A program made the translations under genes and the position numbers. Below are positions 26,207 through 39,697 of a DNA stretch of 64,000 nucleotides, in pieces (position 1 is the stretch's first letter; each line of letters opens with the position of its first letter). Source of the DNA: Octopus vulgaris (taxonomy: Eukaryota); the NCBI GenBank assembly GCA_951406725.2, contig OX597822.1, positions 76,818,001 through 76,882,000 of the forward strand. Direction: 5' to 3'. Under the pieces are notes generated by a model. The model saw only the letters and a program-made list of their open reading frames with translations. It searched no databases and was not told where the DNA came from.

Positions 26207-26851
26207 TTTGTGTAACCAGAACTAGTGAGGTCACCAACTACCCTGCACGACATGACCCGTAAACAGAGAATGGGGTTGTGTTAAGGGAGATGGCTTATGC
26301 CAAGTGTTGGGAGGCAAGAATATGATAAAGGGACAAGAACTGGTGCCTTGATGTAGAACACATACATGGCAACTCAGTTGAGAAAAGGAGTGAAGATGAT
26401 GGTGACGAGGTGTCAGGATGTACCTCAGGGTACAAGACAATATGTGTGTGTGTGTGCACATACATCTGGATAGTACTATTGAAAAATGTTGTACCAAAAT
26501 TTGTGTAACCAGAACTAGTGAGGTCACCAACTACCCTGCGAGACAAGACCCTTAAATAGAGGATGGGATTGTGTTAAGGAAGATGGCTTATACCAAGTGT
26601 TGAGAGGCAAAAATTTGACAAATAGATAAGAACTGGTGTCTTGATGCGGAACGGATGCATGGCACCTCAGCTGGAAAAAGGAGGGAAGATGATGGTGACA
26701 AGGTGTCAGGATGTACCTCAGGGTACAAGACAATATGTGTGTGTTTGTAAGTATGCGTGTGGAAGAGTGTGTGTGTGTGTGCATATTCTTATATTCCTAC
26801 ACACACATACACACATATGGATAGTAATATTGAAAAACGGTTGTACCAAAT
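26207..26851. repeat. Diverged tandem duplication (units 26207-26499 and 26500-26851)
   Basis: Both units start TTTGTGTAACCAGAACTAGTGAGGTCACCAACTACCCTGC and end TGTACCAAA; the second has an expanded TG/CA microsatellite. Confidence 0.85.
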
Positions 26852-27741
26852 TTTGTGGAAGAAGATGAGGGGGAGGAAAAGAAGAATCAGGCGAAAGAGA
26901 AAAAGAGCAAAACTCACTGGCCAGCCAGTATCGGACTGGAAGCATCTAACAGTGAATTCCCCTTAGTTACACCAGATAAAAAGACGGCTTTCTATAGAAT
27001 TTTAGTCTCTGCATCATTGTATTTGGTTTCTGTGAACCGTTCTACATACATTTTATGCACACAGCCAGCTAGACATAATACAGAAGATTTTTCTCAGCAA
27101 ACACTCATCACTTCACATCATTTCATTACTCTTGTTGTTATTGTCAATGTTAATACTGGCGGGGTGGGGAATATTTGATATTATTTTATTTTTGTTCCTT
27201 TTATTAGTATTTTGGCTGATGGAGGTGGTGGGGGAGCTATCACCCCTCACACACACACACACATATCTCCACTACTCTTGTAACAAAAGCAATAATATTT
27301 TGCGGGTGAGAGATTTCATACACAGTCACACACATTCACATACAAATTCAGATAGAGCAGGCATGGCTGTGTGGTTAAGTAGTTTGCTTTGCAGCTGTGG
27401 AGTTTGAAGCACCTTGGTTAAGTGTCTCCTATTATAGCCCTGGGCTGACCAATGCCTTGTCTGGGAATTCTGGTGACAGAAACTGTGTAAAAGCCAATTG
27501 AGTATGTATGTGTGTGTGCGTGTATGTGTATGCATATATATATCTGAGTGTTATACTAATACATTTGTTTGTTTTGTACACCACCTGTCTTCGTCTTTTG
27601 TTTTTTGCGTAAACTCTCCCTATATATATCCCTTTCTTTCTAGCTCTCCTACACATACACACACTACACACACACGTACACACACAATACACAAACACAC
27701 ACACACATCTTCAAAATTTACCAGTAGAAGTAGCTCTAGAT

Positions 27742-28067
27742 CAGTGGTTCCCAACGTGGGGCATATTTCCCACCAGGGAAGCCTGGAAAAATTGTAGTGG
27801 GTTAAGGGATCCAATTTTTTTCTTTTCTTTTTAATAAGACATCGAATTGTGAAAATCTTTTTCTTTTTCTTTCTTTCTTAGTCAATAATGAACTTCCATT
27901 TTTGTACTCAGTACTGAATAAAAGCAGTTACTTGTAGATTGTCTTGTATTTAATAATTATAAAAAAAGATATTAAAAATAAAGGTTTTTTTTCCAACCAC
28001 CATTGGGACATATATTTTCCTGGAAAGTTATAGTGGGGCCTAGGGGAAAATAGGTTGGGAAACATTG
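27742..28067. mobile_element. hAT (Charlie-like) MITE
   Basis: TIR CAGTGGTTCCCAAC / GTTGGGAAACATTG; 8-bp TSD CTCTAGAT / CTCCAGAT. Confidence 0.85.
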
Positions 28068-28921
28068 CTCCAGATTAAAACTTTTATTTATATGGCATAC
28101 TTTATGAATATTTTTTAAAAGTCCAAGGTTTCCACAATTCATCATCATCATCATCGTTTAACGTCTGATTTCCATGTTGGCATGGGTTGGATAGTTTGAC
28201 TGCGGACTGGCAAGCCAGTAGGCTACACCAGGATCCAATTTGATCTAGCAAGGTTTCTACAGCTGGATGCCCTTCCAAATGCCCTAACCAATCTGAAAGC
28301 GTAGTGGGTGCTTTTTACATGCCACTGGCACAGGGGTCAGTCATGCAGTACTGGTATTGCCCATGCTTGAATGGTGCTTTTTACATGCCACCAACACAGG
28401 AGCCAGTCAGGTGGCACTGTCTTGAAAAAGATTCCTTTCCCAAGATATTAGTGTGTTAGAAACACATTATACCTCAGAGCTAGTCAAAACCAAATTGCCC
28501 TAGAGGTGACTGCAAAAGTGACAGATGTGCATTTCACCATTTTTGCAGCTTATCAATGCCACACATTTGCTTCATGTCTGATACGAAATCCTCCTGTCCA
28601 GTCTGAGGTATATAAAGACAGTGAAGAAACAATTCACAGGTTTTGCAGAGATGTTTCTGAACTGAACAAAATTAAAATTTTGCTACAGAAGCATCTCTTA
28701 GATAAAAATTTTTATGTATGTGTATCGTATAAAAGACAGAGGCTGCAGTGTTCATCCTGGAAAAAAATCCTTTTATAGATGCATTGTGCTAAAAATCCCA
28801 GATGGTTTTGCTTTGTTTAGCTCTGAAAGATATTGATAGAACACAGCTTGAGCTCTTTCTACCATAAGTGCACTCAGCTACAGCTGAACTATGGTTAAAT
28901 AACAATAGCAACAACTCAACT

Positions 28922-28953
<32 letters not shown>

Positions 28954-29352
28954 AAATTACATATACATGCGTACACAGGCACACACATTTATATATCAAA
29001 TGCAATTCCAATACACTACATTTTCTTTATACGCATACACAAAGCTCAAAATACTAATATAAAAGCATGCATAGAATTCACTCACTCGTACACACACACA
29101 CACACATACGTATATATGTATGTACACAGACAGGCCACACACATACACGACATGCGCATGCATGCATAGATATAAACATACACGCACATATAGCATATAT
29201 CTATATCTATAATATATATATACACACACACACATATACGCATGCATCCATCCACCTCACATACACACACACACACACACCTACACAAATAAGTAATGTA
29301 TATATACAGATGTAATCATATACACACACACGTACACCAACATAAATACACA

Positions 29353-29399
<47 letters not shown>

Positions 29400-29555
29400 C
29401 TGACATGTACATACATATACACACACTACTCATATACACGACGTATATATACAGATATAAGCACAGATATACACATACACACACAAATACAAATATACAA
29501 CATACATCCACAGACATAAACACTCTCACATACACACACAGGCAAACCTACACAA

Positions 29556-29599
<44 letters not shown>

Positions 29600-29944
29600 G
29601 CATAGACACAAGCACACACATCGTGATCCTTAAGTAAACAGTAAAGGGAGATAATAAAGAAATGCGTTATCTATGTCTTTGAGAAAGAAAACTGACATCC
29701 AACGAATTCAAGTCTTGACTGGTTCTGAGAATGGAATGGAATGGAATGTTCCAGACATGGATGGTCTTAGATAGAGAGAGTAGAAATGGGGAAAGAGGAG
29801 TAAATGGGTGGGAGGGCTTAGAGGTGGGCGACAGCAGCGGTGGAGCATAACATTGGAAATTCCATCAGAATCAGTTTAGTTAATTGCCTTCTGCAATCTC
29901 CTTACATGGAAAAGTAGTCAGGAATCTGGATGAGGAAATAATTT

Positions 29945-30121
29945 GGAGGTGGTGGTGGTGGTGCGACTGCTGCTGCTGCTGATGATGATGATTTTAGTGG
30001 TGGTAATTGTGGTGGTGGTGGTGCTGCTGCTGCTGATGATGATGGTTCTGGTAGTGATGTTGGCGGTGGTGGTGTCGGTGACAGTGGTGGTGCTGCTGCT
30101 GTTGGTGGTGGTGGTGGTGGT

Positions 30122-30152
<31 letters not shown>

Positions 30153-30420
30153 ATAATGATTCTGGTTGTGGTGGTGGTGGTGGTGGTGGTGGTGGAGGTT
30201 GTGGTGGTGGTGGTGGTGGTGGTGGTGGTGGTGGTAGTGGTGGTTGTGGTGGTGGAGGTTGTGGTGGTGGTGGTGGTGGTGGTGGTGGCAGCAGTGATGG
30301 CGGTGCTGTTGCTGTTGGTGGTAATGGTGCTGCTGCTGATGATGATGATAATTCTGGTGGTGGTGGTGGTGGTAGTGGTAGTAGTAATGGTGGTGTTGGT
30401 GGCATAGGTGGAGGAGGAAA
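29945..30420. repeat. (GGT/GCT/GAT)n compound trinucleotide tract
   Basis: Directly visible; source of poly-Pro and poly-Val ORFs. Confidence 0.9.
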
Positions 30421-31332
30421 AAGTGAAGAGGTTTAATGGTCTACAGCAACTGCAATGACAACATCAGCAATGTCAGCAACAACTACAACAACAACAGCTA
30501 TGAAATAAAAACCATGTGAGCTACACTAACAGCAATATAGACAAAAAAAAGATTAAAAAAAAACTTTAAATGTAACAACAAAAACAGATAAGGAATAAAA
30601 AAAAGTGCAACAAACAACAAAAACTACAATGAAAAAACAGTATGATTGCTACAATGACAACAACTACAATAACAACAATAGCAACAGTATCAAGATCAAC
30701 AATGATAGGACAACAACAACAACAAGGAAATAATGGTTACTTTATTTGTCACTTGGGTAATATTGAAACAAAATAATACAAGAAACATAACAGAAGCAGC
30801 AGCAGCAATGGTAGCAGCAGTAGCAGCAGCAGCAGACGAAGAAGTAGACTGCAACAACATGAGGAATATATCAACGATATCAATAATGAAAGTTTTTAAC
30901 CAATGAGAAATATAAACTAAAGCTAAAATATATATAACAATAATAAATATATATATATATTACCATAATAACAAATATGTACATATATATATATACACAT
31001 ATAAACATATATATATGTATGTATATATATATATACACACATATAAACATATATATACAAACATATATATACACACATATATATATATGTATATGGCACG
31101 TAAAAAGCACCCACTACACTCACGGAGTGGTTGGCGTTAGGAAGGGCATCCAGCTGTAGAAACATTGCCAGATAAGACTGGAGCCTGGTGCAGCCTTCTG
31201 GCTTCCCAGATCCCCGGTCGAATCATCCAACCCATGCTAGCATGGAGAACGGATGTTAAACGATGATGATGATGATATATGTTCATATATATATGTATAT
31301 ATTTGTGTTTATATATATATATAAATGCAAAT

Positions 31333-31692
31333 ATATGTGACAATTATTAGGTAGCCATGATAAAACTCTGAGTTTCGGATGTCGAGGTAAAAAACCACAT
31401 CGGCTTCTCTTAAGTTATCAGGCCATCAAAAAAAAATGCTATGGAAATGACCATTAAAACAAAGGGAAATTATCGTGTGATGGACCGTTAGTAAGACAAA
31501 AGAGCTGTTAGAATGACTGCTAAGTAAGGGAAAAGAGTAAAGATAAGGCAGTAAAAATGATCATAGTAATCACGTAAGCGCACATGTCCATACCTAGACA
31601 TGCACGATAACTGAAGAGTTGCCAGCGTGGGTTTCCGCCCCGACATCTGAAACTCGGAGTTTTATCATGGCTACTGAATAATTGTCACATAT
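31333..31692. mobile_element. Foldback element with two inverted hammerhead motifs (Penelope-like)
   Basis: Arms 31333-31419 and 31606-31692 are reverse complements; TA-rich flanks. Confidence 0.75.
31606..31666 (+). ncRNA. Type-I hammerhead motif; degenerate inverted copy at 31359-31419
   Basis: GATAA-CTGAAGA-[decayed stem II]-GAAA-CTCGGAG-TT-TTATC; stem I GATAA/TTATC, stem III ACTC/GAGT. Confidence 0.65.
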
Positions 31693-31719
31693 TATATTTA
31701 CGTATAAATATATATATAT

Positions 31720-31942
31720 ATAGGCAAGGAAAAATTATAAAAAGGCAGAATGCTAAATTGAATGTAAATTTTAATGAAAATGGGTATATGGAAGATTAAA
31801 AAAAATTTTTTTTAAATATATATATATTAATTCAAACCGGTTTCGGTACATTTTTAATTTTTTTAATTTTCCATACACCCATTTTCATTAAAATTTACCT
31901 TCAATTTAGCATTCTGCCTTTTTATAATTTTTCCTTGCCTAT
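31720..31942. mobile_element. Foldback element next to (TA)n
   Basis: Arms about 31720-31807 and 31856-31942. The spacer holds minus-strand GAAA-CCGG-TT, the 3' half of a hammerhead with palindromic stem III. Confidence 0.65.
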
Positions 31943-32332
31943 CATTTCTCCACATGCGGTCAACACAACCCCACCATTTATTGATTTATTGAGTTCAATT
32001 CCTAGCAATGTATTGTGTCCTTGAGCAAGACACTTTATTTCATGTTGCTCCAGTCTGCTTAGCTGGCAAAAATGAGTAGTATCTGTATTTCAAAGGGCCA
32101 GCCTTGTCACACTCTGCTTTAATGATAAATACACATATTGGTTTTGTTTCATTTCTTTAATTATTATTATCAGACAAATTTAGCTGATTGATTGATTGAC
32201 AGAACAATTAATCAAATTGAAGCTCCATCAGTCATGCTGATGAGGGTTCTAGTCAATTCAGTCAATGAAACATCCTGTTCATGAAATTAATGTAGAAGTG
32301 GCTGAGCACTCCACAGACACATGTACCCTTAA

Positions 32333-32876
32333 CCCTTTAGTGCTTAAACTAGCCATATCTGGCCCTAATATTGTCCTTGTTTTATGTTCATATTGGCTAT
32401 ATCTGGCCTCTCACACCAACCCTATATTGTTATTCTGAAAATATGCAATCCTATCATCAAAATCTCAAAGTCGTAAGATAATGCAGGATTAATTTGAAAC
32501 AATGTAAATAAATAAGCATTATGTTGATGAGCAACCAAGGCCTTGAGAAGAAGACCCATCAAGCCAAGAAGACCCATGCTTGAGAAGAAGATCCATCAAG
32601 GCAAGTCAAATCAGAGTTGTGGCAGATACTGGTGTCAGGCAAATGGCACCTGTGCCAGTGACACATAAAAGCACTCATTCCACTCTCAGAATGGTTGGTG
32701 TTAGGAAGGGTATCCAGCCATAGAAATCATGTGAAATCAAACTGGAGTTTGGTGCAGCCTTCCAGCTGGCCCATCCTAGTCAAACTGTCCAACCCATGCC
32801 AGTATGGACAAAGGATGTTATATGATGATGATGATGATGATGATATGTTTGACAGAATATTCTGAATGCAAAAGGG
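32333..32876. mobile_element. piggyBac-like non-autonomous element containing a nested GAT-tailed SINE
   Basis: TTAA TSD at 32329-32332 and 32877-32880; ends CCCTTTAG...CAAAAGGG. Interrupts SINE D at its ACCCTTAA|TGTAGTTCTC site. Inner SINE 32526-32843 is flanked by TATGTT. Confidence 0.8.
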
Positions 32877-32924
32877 TTAATGTAGTTCTCAGGGAGAATG
32901 GGGCAAGGCTGGCCCTTTTGAATT

Positions 32925-33529
32925 TGTAAGAAGAGGTTACCAATATAACAAGAGGAATATTAAAGAATTAGGCTTACCCCCTTAGAAAGTATATTTAGAT
33001 GTGTGCATGCAAGGAGCTTTGGAAAGTATAAATGCATGTTTTACATGAAGGTAATGATAAGCAACTGAAGGCAATATTTTTGGTTAACAAACATAATTTA
33101 TTCCTTGATCACACATGAAGTAGCAGGCACATCAGAGACAAGCATTCAAGGCAACAGGATGTAGGAGACATGAGTTTTGAAGTGGCAGTGAGGTGTTGTA
33201 GAAATCTCATAGTTGTATTAATGCCATTTTCTGATCGGCGTTAATTCAGCAACATTTTGTCATCTGGACAAACAACTGGTGTGTTTACATCTCAATGTTT
33301 TCTCAATAACTCATCAGTGTGTCGTGCCGTGTGACCAAAGTTACTGGACAGTTGATGATCACATCTTCACCTTCCAGCTTCTAGGCAGCAACTGCAAGTC
33401 CTTTAAGTTTTCGCACCCTTCATCTAAGTGGCAGTCGCCTTGTGTATTCCTCTAGCTTTTAAAGGGCAGAGGAATGCAGTACCCATGTGTTGCTACACAG
33501 GGGTGAAATAGTTCGGCTGCCCAGCTGCA
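32925..33529 (-). mobile_element. Solo LTR (probably Ty3/Gypsy type)
   Basis: 605-bp insert with TG...CA ends and 4-bp TSD AATT (32921-32924, 33530-33533) that splits a SINE D. Minus-strand AATAAA at 33097-33102. Confidence 0.75.
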
Positions 33530-33815
33530 AATTACAGGTATAAGTTATTTTTGCCAGCTGAGTGGAGTGGGGCAACAGAAAATAAAGTGTCTTGCTCAAG
33601 GACACAGCTCACTGCTGGGAATGAAACTTAGAACCTAACCACTAAGCCATGTTCCTTCACTAAGCCAAAACTATGGTAGTAGACACATTGTCCAACATGC
33701 TGTGCTCAGGAATTGAACACAAGACAATTCATATCGGAACCAACCTTCCTAATGATACAGCCATGCTTTCTCCCAGATCAGATCAAGCTTGTAAATACAG
33801 AACTATGTTCTAAAA

Positions 33816-34248
33816 CATGCATGGGAAACTTGTGGCCCATGGGCCACATGTGGCATAACCTGAGGGTAACAACATCTCAAATTCTACCTAATATTGAAAA
33901 TATGGTAAAGAATGTAAATGTGCAAAAATTTCGTTGATACAAATCATGAAATTTGTATTTTAGTAAAATATCAATGAATTTTCATTGTTTTTTTTTTTAC
34001 CTCAATATTTTAAACTATAATTTATTTACACTAGTAATCATCATTATTATCATTAGGAAATAATGAAAGAGATGCCAGCTTAATGTAAACTTTCATACCA
34101 AGACAGATAAAATTAAGAAGAACTGCAAAAAATTCAGTGTAAAGTGGACAAGTAATATTTCATGCATATGTGTTTTATCATGCGACCCTCTCCCACTTGG
34201 AAATGGTATGATGCGGGCCCCCAGTTAATGAATAGTTGCCCATCCCTG
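33816..34248. mobile_element. hAT MITE
   Basis: TIR CATGCATGGGAAACT / AGTTGCCCATCCCTG; perfect 8-bp TSD TTCTAAAA. Confidence 0.85.
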
Positions 34249-34682
34249 TTCTAAAACATATCTTCTTACTAGCCACGATTATCTCATTTTGCAGGGTCTA
34301 ATTCAGTGTATCTATAACACTATTATCCAATGTTTGCTTTTTATTAAGATGTTAATGTGTGTTCGAGGAATATTTAGCTGATATTTCTTGCAAGTCAAGT
34401 ACACCATGTTGTCCATGGTTCAAATAGCAGGAAAGGGTTGACTGCTGCATCATGTAAGTTTAGCAGCTGTATAGAATTAAATTTATTACCTTGCTTATAC
34501 CATAAAGTGAAACCTAATGGAATGTAGATTAATGTCTAAAATTTCTCTCAATGTTTATTGAAAATATTCTCCCTTGAGACTTATGAGTGAGTCTGGAAAC
34601 CAATGATTAGCTATCATTAAACACAGCTGAGAATTAAAAATATATCTTAATGGTGAAGCCTAAATATGTCAATATATTTGTT

Positions 34683-34747
<65 letters not shown>

Positions 34748-34770
34748 GTACACATACATATATATGTATG

Positions 34771-34810
<40 letters not shown>

Positions 34811-35719
34811 TATATGTATATGTGTGTGTATGTATTTATGAATATATATATGTGTGTGTGTGTATATATATATGTGTATATATATATATATATATATCAT
34901 CATCATAATGCTGGCGTGGGTTGGACAGTTTGACTGGGCTGGCATGCTGGAAGGCTGCACCAGACTCCAGTCTGATTTGGCAGGGTTCTCTACATCTGGA
35001 TGCCCTTCCTAACACCAACCACTCTGAGAGTGTAATAGGTGATAGATATAGATGCATATACAAACATACATATACACACAAACACAGGTGCGCGCATGCA
35101 CACACACACACACACTCACAGACAAACGCACATACACACACATATATTTGTATATATGAATGGATGTGTAGGAAGAAGCTTGCTTCCCTTCCACATGGTT
35201 CCAGGTTCAGTCCCACTGTGTGGCACCTTGGGCAAGTGTCTTCTACTATAGCCTCGGATTTGGTAGATGGAAAGTAAAAGTAGCCCGTCACATATATATG
35301 TGTGTGTGTGTGTGTGTGTGTTTGTGTGTCTGTGTTTTTCCTCCCCACCGTCATTTGACAACTGATGTTGGTGTATTTACATCCCTGTAACTTAGCAGTT
35401 CAACCAAAAAGACCAATAGAATAAGTAGTAAGCTTACAAAGAATAAGTCCTGGGGGTTTATTTGTTCAGCTAAAAATGCAGTGCTCCTGCATGGCCATAA
35501 TAATATGACTGAAACAAGTAAAAGAATAAAAGAATATATGCAGGTGTGGCTGAGAAGTGTATTTCTCAAACTCATGGTCTTGGGTTCAGTCTCACCTCAC
35601 AGCACATTGAGCAAGTGTCTCTACTATATCTGTGGATTGACCAAAGCCTTGTGAAGGGATTCGCTAGATAGAAAATGAAGGATGTCCATTGTGTGTGTAT
35701 ATATACATAAATGTGTGTG

Positions 35720-36475
35720 TGGCAGCACAATGGCCCAGTGGTTAGGGCAGTGGACTTGCAGTCGTAAGATCACGGTTTCAACTCCCAGACCAGGCGTTGT
35801 GAATGTTTATTGAGCGAAAATACCTAAAGCTCCACGAGGCTGTGGCAAGGGCTGGTGGTAAACCCTGCTGTACTCTTTCACCACAAGTTTTGAGGTAGAT
35901 TCAGCATTACACAGAGTGTGACAAGGCTGGCCCTTTTAAATAGAGATACAACAGAAACAGGAAGAAAGAGTGAAAGTTGTGGTGAAAGAGCACATCGGGT
36001 TTCACCACCATCCCCTGCTGGTGCCTCATGGAGCTTTAGGAGTTTTCACTCAATAAACACTCACAACGCCCAGTCTGGGAATCTAAACCATGATCCTGTG
36101 ACTGTGAGTCCGCTGGGCCATTGCACCTCCACTCACCACAAATAAGCAAATAGCAATATACAGAGTTGTGGAGACACATGTCCTAGTGGTTACAGCCGTG
36201 GACTCACAGTCGAGATATCACGGATTCGAATCTCGGACACGGTAATGTGTGTGTTTATGAACAAAAGAACCTAAGCTCCATGTGGCTCCAGCAGAAGGCA
36301 ATGGCAAACTTCTGCTGATTCTTTCGCCACAACTTTGTCTCACTCTTTCTTCTTACATCCAGCTGCTCACCTGCGATGGACTGGCATCCTATCTAAATGG
36401 GGAACTTATATGCTAATGAAACGGGGAAAACCGGCCCTTATGAGCCAGGTATGGCTCGAGAAGGAACAATAACAA
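35720..36475. mobile_element. Cluster of SINE family C copies (+, -, +)
   Basis: Heads of the type TGGCCCAGTGGTTAG...GGTTTCAACTCCC; copies about 35720-35890 (+), 35910-36130 (-), 36168-36475 (+); homolog at 47583-47960. Confidence 0.7.
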
Positions 36476-38187
36476 TATAGAGTGTTAATATACAGGGCAA
36501 ATGAACAGAGAAGGGGGAAAAGTTAGGAGATCCCTCTAATCAAGTCTTGCTGAGGCTTATTTAATGCTTTCGGTGTTGGTGCCACAAGAAAATGCATCCA
36601 GAACACACTGTAAAATGGTTGGTGATAGGAAGAGCATCCTGTGGTTGAAACTAAGCTGAGCACAAATATTTAGAAGTATCAGATTTTATTAAGAAATAGC
36701 TGGAACCATGACAATCAATCCATCTCATGTCAGCTTTATAACAGACATTCAAGGATGATAATGGTGTCTCCTTTTCTCTCTCTCATATATACATACACAC
36801 ACACACACACATATATATATGCATTCATACTCACACACACACATACAAACATGTAAACACATGTGTGGGCCAGAGCACACATACATATATATGCACACAC
36901 GTGCTGTGTGTGTGTGTATGTATAAACACGCATACAATTCACACACACACACCTGCACTCACACGCTCGCACACACACACACACACATAAATCTCTGCCT
37001 AAATAGGAAAGTAAATAAATAGAATGAGTTTTATGTATTGGAACGAAATTAGCAGAAATTACTTTGCAGGCCACTAATGTATCTGAAGGGAATGGTACAA
37101 CTATTTCTCTCTTTTATGTGTGTGTGTGTGTGTGTGTGTCTGTGTGTCTGTGTGTGTGTCTGTGTGTGTGTCTATGTGTGTGTGTATTTACTACTTTCTC
37201 CGTTCATTTTTATTATTTACAACACAGTTCCTTGCAAATATTTTTGGTGAAGCACAGTTATGATTGGCAGCCTGCCAGCTAGCATCCAGTTTTATGGTAG
37301 ATGGATATATCAGAATTGTCCAGATGGATCAATTCTATTATCAACTTCCACCTAAAACCAGGCTGGAGGCTTTCCAGTTCTGTATTCTTCAGTATTGTAG
37401 AGATTGTTCATTGATCCATAGTGATAGCTAATTGCAACTCATTCCGAACGTAGAACATAAGTTTACGGTTGTGTGTTCTATGTTGTTCTGTTGTTTCAGC
37501 TCACTTTTAGCTTGTTGTTGTTGTTGGTCATGTTGCTATTATTGTTGTTGTTTGTTTGTTGTGGTTTAAACCCAGTTTAGCCCTGATCAGGATGAACTGA
37601 GACCCAGTGGTATTAAACGTATTTCTTCCAAGACCATTTCCCATGTGTGTGTGTGTGTGTGTGTGGTATCTTGCAGAAGTGTCTTCTGCTGTAACCTCAT
37701 GCTGACCAAAGCGTTGAGAGAGAATATGGTAGAAAAAAACTGAAAGAAATTCGTCATATATATGATGTATATATAGATGCAGAAGAGGCTGTGTGGTAAG
37801 TAGCTTGCTTACCAACCATATGGTTCCGAGCTCAGTCCTACTGCATGGCACCTTGGGCAAGTGTCTTCTACTATAGCTTCTGGCCGACCAAAGCCTTGTG
37901 AGTGGATATGGTAGATGGAAACTGAAAGAAGCCCGTTATATAGATATATATATATTGTGTGTGTGTTTTCTGATCTGTGTTTTGTCCCCTGCTACTAATT
38001 GACAACCTGTGTTGGTGTGTTTATATCCCTGTAACTTAGTGGTTTGGCAAGAGAGACTGATAGAATAAGTACCAGGCTTCATAAAAAGATAATACTAAGG
38101 TTGATTTTTTTCCACTACAGGATATATGTATATGTATATATATATATATGTATTCATATATGTACATATGTATGTGTGTGTGTGTGT

Positions 38188-38505
38188 AGGCATGTGGCTT
38201 AGTGATTAGGGCATTCGGGTCATGATCGTAAGGTCGTGAGTTCAATTCCCGCGGATGTGTTGTGTCCTTGAGCAAGACACTTTATTTCATGTTGCTCCAC
38301 TGCACTCAGCTGACAAAAATGAGTAGTACCTGTATTTCAAAGTGCCAACCATGTCACGTTCTGTGTCATGCTGAATCTCCCTGAGAACTACGTTAACGGT
38401 ACACATGTCTGTGGAGTATTCAGCCACTTGCACATTAATTTCATGAGCAAGCTGTTCTGTTGATCATACCAGCTGGGACCCTCGTTGTTGTATCCGACAG
38501 AGTGG
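38188..38505 (+). mobile_element. SINE family D, near full length
   Basis: A-box TGGCTTAGTGA, B-box GTTCAATTCCC, core GTGTCCTTGAGCAAGACACTT; homologs at about 3060-3380 (-), 32240-33660 (-), 40490-40810 (+). Confidence 0.8.
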
Positions 38506-38557
38506 TACGTTTAAAAAAATATAAATATAAATGTATGTATGTATATATGTATGTATG

Positions 38558-38590
<33 letters not shown>

Positions 38591-38631
38591 GTATATGTAT
38601 GTATGTATATATATATGTATGTATATATATG

Positions 38632-38700
<69 letters not shown>

Positions 38701-38874
38701 CATAGGCATGGCTAAGTGGTTAAGAAGTTTACTCAACATGGTTTTGTGTTCAATCCCACTCTGTGGAATCTTGGACAAGTGTCTTTCACCAAAGCCCTGG
38801 GTCAACCAATGCTTATGAGTAGATTTGGTAGATGGAAATTGCAAGAAGCCCATCATATATGTGTATGCATATAT

Positions 38875-38916
<42 letters not shown>

Positions 38917-38931
38917 GTATATATGTATATA

Positions 38932-39275
38932 AAATGAAAATAATTAGAAAACAGAGAAAACCACAGAGTAACCAATACATCGATTGGACCATATTTATAG
39001 CTTATTTTTTAATACAAAGTGTAACATAACAAAATAAAAATAAAAAAGCTATAAATGTGGCCCAATCAACGTATTGGTTAATCTGTGGTTTTCTCTATTT
39101 TCTAATTATTTGCATTTGGCTCCTGATAAACTCTTGTTTATCCTGTTATTATCTGCATTCTGTGTGCACGGTGTGCCTGCACACCAATACCTGAGGATAT
39201 TACAGGTAACAGATACCGATAGTATTTATTGATATTTTATCCCTTGGTCAGTTACTATAACTGCTAACTCTGTTT
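38932..39275 (+). mobile_element. Foldback element followed by a degenerate hammerhead
   Basis: Arms 38932-39003 / 39046-39117. At 39186-39226: AATAC-CTGAGGA-TATTAC-AG-GTAACA-GATA-CCGA-TA-GTATT (perfect 5-bp stem I, GAAA mutated to GATA). Confidence 0.65.
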
Positions 39276-39284
39276 TTATATATT

Positions 39285-39688
39285 CTCTCTTTTCTCTCTT
39301 TTACTTGATTCAGTCATTTGACTGTGGCCATGCTGGAGCACCGCCTTTAGTCGAGCAAATCGACCCCGGGACTTATTCTTTGTAAGCCCAGTACTTATTC
39401 TATCGGTCTCTTTTGCTGAACCACTAAGTGACGGCGACGTAAACACTTCAGCATCGGTTGTCAAGCAATGCTAGGGGGACAAACACAGACACACAAACAT
39501 ACACACACACACACATATATACATATATACAACGGGCTTCTTTCAGTTTCCGTCTACCAAATCCACTCACAAGGCTTTGGTCGGCCCAAGGCTACAGTAG
39601 AAGACACTTGCCCAAGATGCCACGCAGTGGGACTGAACCCAGAACCAGTTGCTTGGTAAGCAAGCTACTTACCACACAGCCACTCCTG
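39285..39688 (-). mobile_element. SINE family A, full length
   Basis: Reverse-complement homolog of 3426-3799. Confidence 0.85.
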
Positions 39689-39697
39689 GGATATATA

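Noticed and set aside
28549-28607. Possible phase-1 exon after TTTTGCAG (YQCHTFASCLIRNPPVQSE)
   Set aside because: Weak donor (GTATAT) and cysteine spacing does not fit an EGF domain.
29902-30407. Pro-rich 167-aa ORF (formin/extensin-like)
   Set aside because: (CCA)n microsatellite translation.
32236-32275. CTGATGAG...GAAACATC pattern
   Set aside because: Lies in a mutated SINE D tail, no stem II pairing; chance match.
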